Shown here: positions 59,622 through 64,000 of the stretch, piece after piece
Position numbering within the stretch: position 1 is the stretch's first letter
How the letters are laid out: each line of letters opens with the position of its first letter
Origin: a bacterium
GTDB taxonomy: Bacteria; Patescibacteriota; Minisyncoccia; Phycocordibacterales; CAIZLB01
Assembly (NCBI GenBank): GCA_031411135.1
Contig: JANOAN010000009.1
Span: forward strand, 7,175-71,174
DNA length: 64,000 nt
Direction: 5' to 3'
Notes under the pieces: generated by a model
What the model was told of the DNA's origin: nothing
The model's database searches: none
The model's input: only the letters and a program-made list of their open reading frames with translations
Made by a program: the position numbers and the translations under genes

Positions 59622-60119
59622 ATGATTTCCTTACGTTTTATCCCTATTTTTGAAGACAAGGAGTTTACTGATGCTGTAGCTGAGTACAAGCAGATTTGGG
59701 AAGCTGAGGGTGTCAGAATTATTGATGCTTTCAAACAGATAACAGGACTCTCTTTTGTTGAAAATCGGATAGCTATTGTTATATACGAGGGCGTGAGTTT
59801 TTCAGGACGTACCCCAAACGATATGATGAAATTGCGTGCAAGCTATACGGCTGATGTTAAAAAGGCAACACTCGTACACGAATTATCTCATCGCTTGCTT
59901 TTTAATCTCAAAAATAGACCTGAGGGTGATGAACACCAAGTCATTAACTTATTTCTTTATGATGTGTGGGTAGAGTTGTATGGCGAGGACTTTGCAAATG
60001 AAATGGTAGAAATTGAAAAAAAGCGAGCTGAAAATTATCAAATTGCTTGGGATTTTGCACTTTCACTTACGAAAGAGCAAAGAAAAGAAAAGTTTTCAGC
60101 CCTGCAAAAAAGCTTATAA
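59622..60119 (+). CDS. HExxH zinc-metalloprotease-like protein
   Basis: TLVHELSHRL. Confidence 0.65.
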   Translation: MISLRFIPIFEDKEFTDAVAEYKQIWEAEGVRIIDAFKQITGLSFVENRIAIVIYEGVSFSGRTPNDMMKLRASYTADVKKATLVHELSHRLLFNLKNRPEGDEHQVINLFLYDVWVELYGEDFANEMVEIEKKRAENYQIAWDFALSLTKEQRKEKFSALQKSL

Positions 60120-60121
60120 AT

Positions 60122-61240
60122 ATGACAAATAATCAAGATGAAAACTCAATAAAAATTGTAGAGGCAATTCCTGAAGATGCAAAAGGGATTACTACTGTTT
60201 TGTATAAAACTTGGCTTGATACCTATCCCAATGAGGAAATAGGTATCACGAAAGAAGATGTTGAGGATAGCTACAAAGACGCTTTTACAGAGGAAAAAAT
60301 AAAAAGTCAGCAAGAAAGAATAGCGACCACTCCTGAAAATCAAAGACGATTGGTCGCTAAAAATGGCACTGATGTTATTGGTATTGCCACAATGATACGT
60401 AATAATGATAACAATCAGCTAAGGACGATATATGTGCTTCCTGAGTATCAGGGTAAGGGTGTAGGCTCAATGCTATGGAATGAAATAAAAAAGTTTTGTG
60501 ACCACTCTAAAGACACGATTGTTCAAGTAGCCACCTACAATAAAAGTGCTATCTCTTTCTATGAAAAGCTGGGTTTTGTTGATACTGGAAAGAGGTGGTC
60601 TGATGAAAAATGGAAAATGAGAAGTGGTGCAACTATCCCCGAAATGGAGATGATGATAATAGCAAAAAACCAAAAAGATTGGTCTGAATACTACGAAATA
60701 ACAAAGGCTAAGCCACCCACAAAACTTCTTGTAAAAGCTCTTGAATATGTCACTGATAAAGGCAAAGCTATTGATATTGGAGCTGGTGCGTTGAAAGACA
60801 CACGATACCTGCTTGAACAGGGTTTTGAGGTCACTGCGATTGATAAAAGCCCTTTAATGGAGCAGGGAGTCAAAACACTAGAAAATGATAAGGTTCAGGC
60901 TTTTACGACCTCATTTGAAGATTTTGATTTTTCTGAAAATAAGTATGATATTGCCTCTGCAATGTTTTCTCTGCCATTCACTGAGCCAGCACATTTTGAG
61001 ACAGTCTTTATCAAGATAAAAAACTCACTCAAGAAAGGTGGTGTGTTCTGCGGTCAATTCTTTGGAATGAATGATGAATGGTCAAAAAATCCTAAGATGA
61101 CTTTTCATACTGAAGCTCAAGTAAAAGAATTGCTCAATGGTCTTGAGGTGCTTTCTTTTAAGGAGGTTGAGGAAGATAGTACTACGGCAAACGGCACACC
61201 AAAGCATTGGCATATTTTCCATATAATCGCAAAGAAATAA
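60122..61240 (+). CDS. GNAT acetyltransferase fused to class I SAM methyltransferase (TehB-like)
   Basis: YVLPEYQGKGVG, AISFYEKLGF; AIDIGAG, LKKGGVFCGQFFG, KHWHIFHIIA. Confidence 0.85.
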   Translation: MTNNQDENSIKIVEAIPEDAKGITTVLYKTWLDTYPNEEIGITKEDVEDSYKDAFTEEKIKSQQERIATTPENQRRLVAKNGTDVIGIATMIRNNDNNQLRTIYVLPEYQGKGVGSMLWNEIKKFCDHSKDTIVQVATYNKSAISFYEKLGFVDTGKRWSDEKWKMRSGATIPEMEMMIIAKNQKDWSEYYEITKAKPPTKLLVKALEYVTDKGKAIDIGAGALKDTRYLLEQGFEVTAIDKSPLMEQGVKTLENDKVQAFTTSFEDFDFSENKYDIASAMFSLPFTEPAHFETVFIKIKNSLKKGGVFCGQFFGMNDEWSKNPKMTFHTEAQVKELLNGLEVLSFKEVEEDSTTANGTPKHWHIFHIIAKK

Positions 61241-61243
61241 TTT

Positions 61244-61774
61244 ATGAACTATATCTATCACTGGGTTCCAAAAGATATGCAAGGAGATGTACTTTTCCCT
61301 CTGAACACTCTTAAAGACACGCACCCTGATTTGTATGATAAGGAAGCAAGCAAATATGTAGGACGAGAACAAATAATGCAACACAAGCTTCCTGTTTTGA
61401 ATTGCTTATGGAACGACGTATTGCATTTTTCCGCCGTTCACCCCTCAGAAGTAAAACAGGCTTTAATTGACGCTGGTAGAACAAAACCTTTTGATATTGA
61501 GTTTTTTGAAGTAGACCCACATCTTTTGACCACTGAAAATACAATTGTTTATTTATACAAGCACAGCAGTATGGCTGACAAATTGAAAGAAGATAATTTT
61601 GCGAAGTATAATCCTGATGATATGGCTCAGTATTCTGTATTGCCACAAGAAACAAAAGATTATTATAAAGAAATAATTTCTCAGGGTAAAAATCCGCTAC
61701 TATTTCATCGAGTACCGCACATACTTTTCAGAGGCTCACTCGACACGTCAAAGATTAAAAGAATTAAAGCTTAA
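61244..61774 (+). CDS. Conserved-looking hypothetical protein
   Basis: YHWVP..M.G..L.PLN.LK, LNCLWNDVLHFSAVHP, PHILFRG. Confidence 0.75.
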   Translation: MNYIYHWVPKDMQGDVLFPLNTLKDTHPDLYDKEASKYVGREQIMQHKLPVLNCLWNDVLHFSAVHPSEVKQALIDAGRTKPFDIEFFEVDPHLLTTENTIVYLYKHSSMADKLKEDNFAKYNPDDMAQYSVLPQETKDYYKEIISQGKNPLLFHRVPHILFRGSLDTSKIKRIKA

Positions 61775-62374
61775 ATGACTGAACCTCAAAACTTTACCCC
61801 TGCATATTTAGTAGCTTGTGCCGAACTGTATCACTTAGATTTTATCGCAAGCAATTTCACAAGGTCTGCAAAACTCCTACACGAGCAAGGAAATGGCTCT
61901 GAACATTCACAGTCATTTCACCTATTGGTATCAATGGCTTTTGAGCTTTTTCCTAAAATCCTCATCGGCTGTGAGACCTGTCTACTTCACCAAAACGACG
62001 TAACTCTGACGGTAGACGAAATAAGAGCAAAGATTGTTGATGAACACAGAAAAGTTGGTCATAATCTGAAAAAGCTTTTTGAGAAGTATCCTGACCTTAT
62101 GCAAGAGCTTGAAATTGAAGCCGTCACGAGAGTCCCTGATGACCCAAGCAAAGAATGGTTTGTAAGCGAGTACCGATTTAAGGTTAAAGACTATCAGTAC
62201 CTACTAAGTATCAAAGACGTGGAAGCTGTGAGGTACGGCTCATTCTCACAAAATCGTGATGTGGCTATGGACTGCACTGGTGATGAAAAGATTTTGAACC
62301 TGCTTTTGAAACTCCAAGAGTTTGTGCATAAAAAGAAATTAGAGACTATTCAGCAGATGAGGGCTACAATATAA
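61775..62374 (+). CDS. HEPN-like hypothetical protein
   Basis: AFELFPK...GHNLKKLF...VRY pattern. Confidence 0.55.
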   Translation: MTEPQNFTPAYLVACAELYHLDFIASNFTRSAKLLHEQGNGSEHSQSFHLLVSMAFELFPKILIGCETCLLHQNDVTLTVDEIRAKIVDEHRKVGHNLKKLFEKYPDLMQELEIEAVTRVPDDPSKEWFVSEYRFKVKDYQYLLSIKDVEAVRYGSFSQNRDVAMDCTGDEKILNLLLKLQEFVHKKKLETIQQMRATI

Positions 62375-62377
62375 AAA

Positions 62378-62479
62378 TTAGACGGTAAGCAAAGACCTAA
62401 CATCTCGTAAAGTGCTTGTAATATAAGGGTATTCTTTGAGCCAATCTATAGTTAGAAAGTCGTCCTGTAAAGCGAGCAT
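62378..62479 (-). other. Displaced C-terminal tail of the serine recombinase
   Basis: ML-ALQDDFLTIDWLKEYPYITSTLRDVRSLLTV* in frame with the shared GAGCAT (Met-Leu). Confidence 0.65.
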
Positions 62480-62581
62480 TGTAGACAAACCTCTTTTACT
62501 GTTGTAATATCCCAGCAGTTCTTTAAACCTCTGGCTGTATCTTTTAGGGCATTTAGGTGTCTTGAAAGATGCAGCCACAAC
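62479..62581 (+). repeat. 103-bp promoter/boxA/hairpin leader, copy 1
   Basis: 97/103 identical to 63064..63166. Confidence 0.92.
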
Positions 62582-62621
62582 TCTAAACTTAGGCTGTTGC
62601 CACATACAAAACCACTGTCTT

Positions 62622-62945
62622 ATGAAAAAAATTGACACTAAAACTGTTTCCACAATTCTAAGAAAGGCACAGAAAGGCCCTCGAATGACTGGTGGAAAAA
62701 GATGGTCAGAAGGACGCCTGAAAGTTATCTCGAAAGAAAACCCAGCAATAGCGACATTTCTGAATGAATTTCATTTTTCAGGTTCGAGATTCCACAGGAT
62801 GTCGGGAATCGAATCTGCGGTAATACTCTACGAAATCTTCAGGGTGTCCAGCAGGAAAACTTCGTCGACGAAGAAGAAACCTGAGCCTGAAATCGTCTAC
62901 GGCCCCGCTGGTCGCGACCGCATCAGAAGACGGCCTCAATTATAA
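62622..62945 (+). CDS. Orphan basic protein (cassette 1)
   Basis: 107 aa from ATG 62622; terminator 62947-62997. Confidence 0.6.
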   Translation: MKKIDTKTVSTILRKAQKGPRMTGGKRWSEGRLKVISKENPAIATFLNEFHFSGSRFHRMSGIESAVILYEIFRVSSRKTSSTKKKPEPEIVYGPAGRDRIRRRPQL

Positions 62946-63063
62946 CGCCCGCCGACAACTCATACTGAGCCTGTCGCAGCGGGCTTTTGTATTTTTATAC
63001 CCAGGAAGAAAACTTCCTACCCCTCCATCAAGCAGGTTCGAGCATCCTCCCACCTTTGGTGCC

Positions 63064-63166
63064 TTGTAGACAAAATTCTTTTCCCGTTGTAATATCCCAA
63101 CAGTTCTTTAAACCTCTGGCTGTATCTTTTAGGGCATTTATGTGTCTTGAAAGATGCAGCCACAAC
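63064..63166 (+). repeat. 103-bp promoter/boxA/hairpin leader, copy 2
   Basis: 97/103 identical to 62479..62581. Confidence 0.92.
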
Positions 63167-63205
63167 GGACTAGTATCACTCACTTAAAATAAACCAGGAG
63201 ATACA

Positions 63206-63502
63206 ATGAACGACGCAGTCACGCAAGCAGAAAGAATCTTTAAGGTCGGTGAAGGTGTCTACTTCCGGTCAGACACGATGGGAACACCCGAGCTCGACGA
63301 ACTCGTACGCAAAGCTGTTAGGAAACATGGTGCGGGCCCGCATGTCATCATTCGAACCGATATCGGCCGTGGCGATGGTAACCAAAAATTGAAATTCAAA
63401 GGATCCATCAGTGCCGGCCTCGGTGAAGATGCCCCGGCAGCTTCAATGGTCGATGAAATGACGTGGGACTCGCGTTATTTCAGTTCCATTCCCCGCACAT
63501 AG
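63206..63502 (+). CDS. Orphan protein (cassette 2)
   Basis: 98 aa, AGGAG upstream; terminator ~63519-63572. Confidence 0.6.
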   Translation: MNDAVTQAERIFKVGEGVYFRSDTMGTPELDELVRKAVRKHGAGPHVIIRTDIGRGDGNQKLKFKGSISAGLGEDAPAASMVDEMTWDSRYFSSIPRT

Positions 63503-63649
63503 CAGACACCAGCCCCAAGGCCCCATTCAGCGTTAGTCCCCTCGACTCACGTTGTTGGGGCCTTTCGTTTTTATGTGAGTAAATAAGTTCGAACCCCCTC
63601 CCGCCTTTGGAGCCGTGGTACGTCTAGGAAGATTTGGTATAATACATTT

Positions 63650-63859
63650 ATGAATAAAGATGCCAAAAATTCAAAGTTAGAATATTGTAAGGAAGAACTA
63701 AAAAACCTATTAAATAAATTAGTTGAGGGAAACTATCACATTACGGCAGAATTTATCTATGACCATATTGCAAACTCTGGAGTGGACATGAAAATCCATC
63801 CTGAACTCCAAAACCAAAAAACTATGTACGAGTTCTTGAAAGAGGAAGAGGCTGTATAA
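63650..63859 (+). CDS. Small hypothetical protein (cassette 3)
   Basis: 69 aa; TATAAT 6 nt before ATG. Confidence 0.55.
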   Translation: MNKDAKNSKLEYCKEELKNLLNKLVEGNYHITAEFIYDHIANSGVDMKIHPELQNQKTMYEFLKEEEAV

Positions 63860-64000
63860 TTTTTGCTTACTTCCCCACCAAGTAGGTTCGAACCCTCCAG
63901 AGGGCTGCTGTTTGTATTCAATCGCTTTGCTCTTGAACAAACAGGGAGCATCCTCCCACCTTTGGAGCCAGCTATTGACTTATCTTATATTTATGTTATC

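Larger units (their letters stand above)
54349..62479. mobile_element. ~8.1-kb serine-recombinase integrative element at the tRNA-Asn 3' end
   Basis: GAGCAT at 54349-54354 and 62474-62479; recombinase at left edge, in-frame displaced tail at right edge. Confidence 0.75.
63031..63970 (+). repeat. Recurrent tRNA-3'-end-like junction motif GTTCGA...CCTCCCRCCTTTGGWGCC
   Basis: Copies at 63031-63063, 63587-63614 and 63882-63969. Confidence 0.7.

Noticed and set aside
62480-62653. Upstream part of the 91-aa minus-strand ORF 62378..62653
   Set aside because: Runs antisense through the duplicated leader; only the last 33 codons are meaningful as the recombinase tail.
62479-63970. Repeats as a possible CRISPR array
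   Set aside because: Units are separated by whole genes at irregular spacing of hundreds of bp; no cas genes.
63866-63970. Possible additional tRNA gene (GGTTCGAACCC)
   Set aside because: No D-arm, anticodon arm or acceptor pairing; only a T-arm-like fragment.

Overview
64 kb of a low-GC bacterial chromosome. Gene content and style point to Patescibacteria/CPR (Parcubacteria-like; inferred): class I LysRS, short archaeal-type AspRS, two mreB copies, PriA with degenerate helicase motifs, fragmented dcw cluster and apparently leaderless housekeeping genes. The backbone is translation, chaperone and cell-envelope genes, mostly on the minus strand, plus tRNA-Glu(CTC) and tRNA-Asn(GTT). About a dozen orphan ORFs are interleaved as stand-alone units (sigma70 promoter, often a boxA-like motif and a long G-U-rich hairpin, ORF, terminator), some reusing near-identical leader or terminator blocks. 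An ~8.1 kb serine-recombinase element is integrated at the tRNA-Asn 3' end. Its att core (GAGCAT) lies inside the recombinase gene, so excision would swap a 2-residue tail for an in-frame 31-residue tail. The element also has a P4-CI/C4-like RNA leader and a small-terminase-like gene. Beyond it lie single-gene cassettes separated by degenerate tRNA-3'-end-like junctions. Other leads: an orphan PemK/MazF toxin facing a small structured RNA, a covarying leader hairpin before three membrane/lipid genes, PEP-CTERM-like and Verrucomicrobia-like surface proteins, and an ATP-grasp/C39-peptidase/Ddl-like operon. All calls are from motif recognition by eye; no searches were run.
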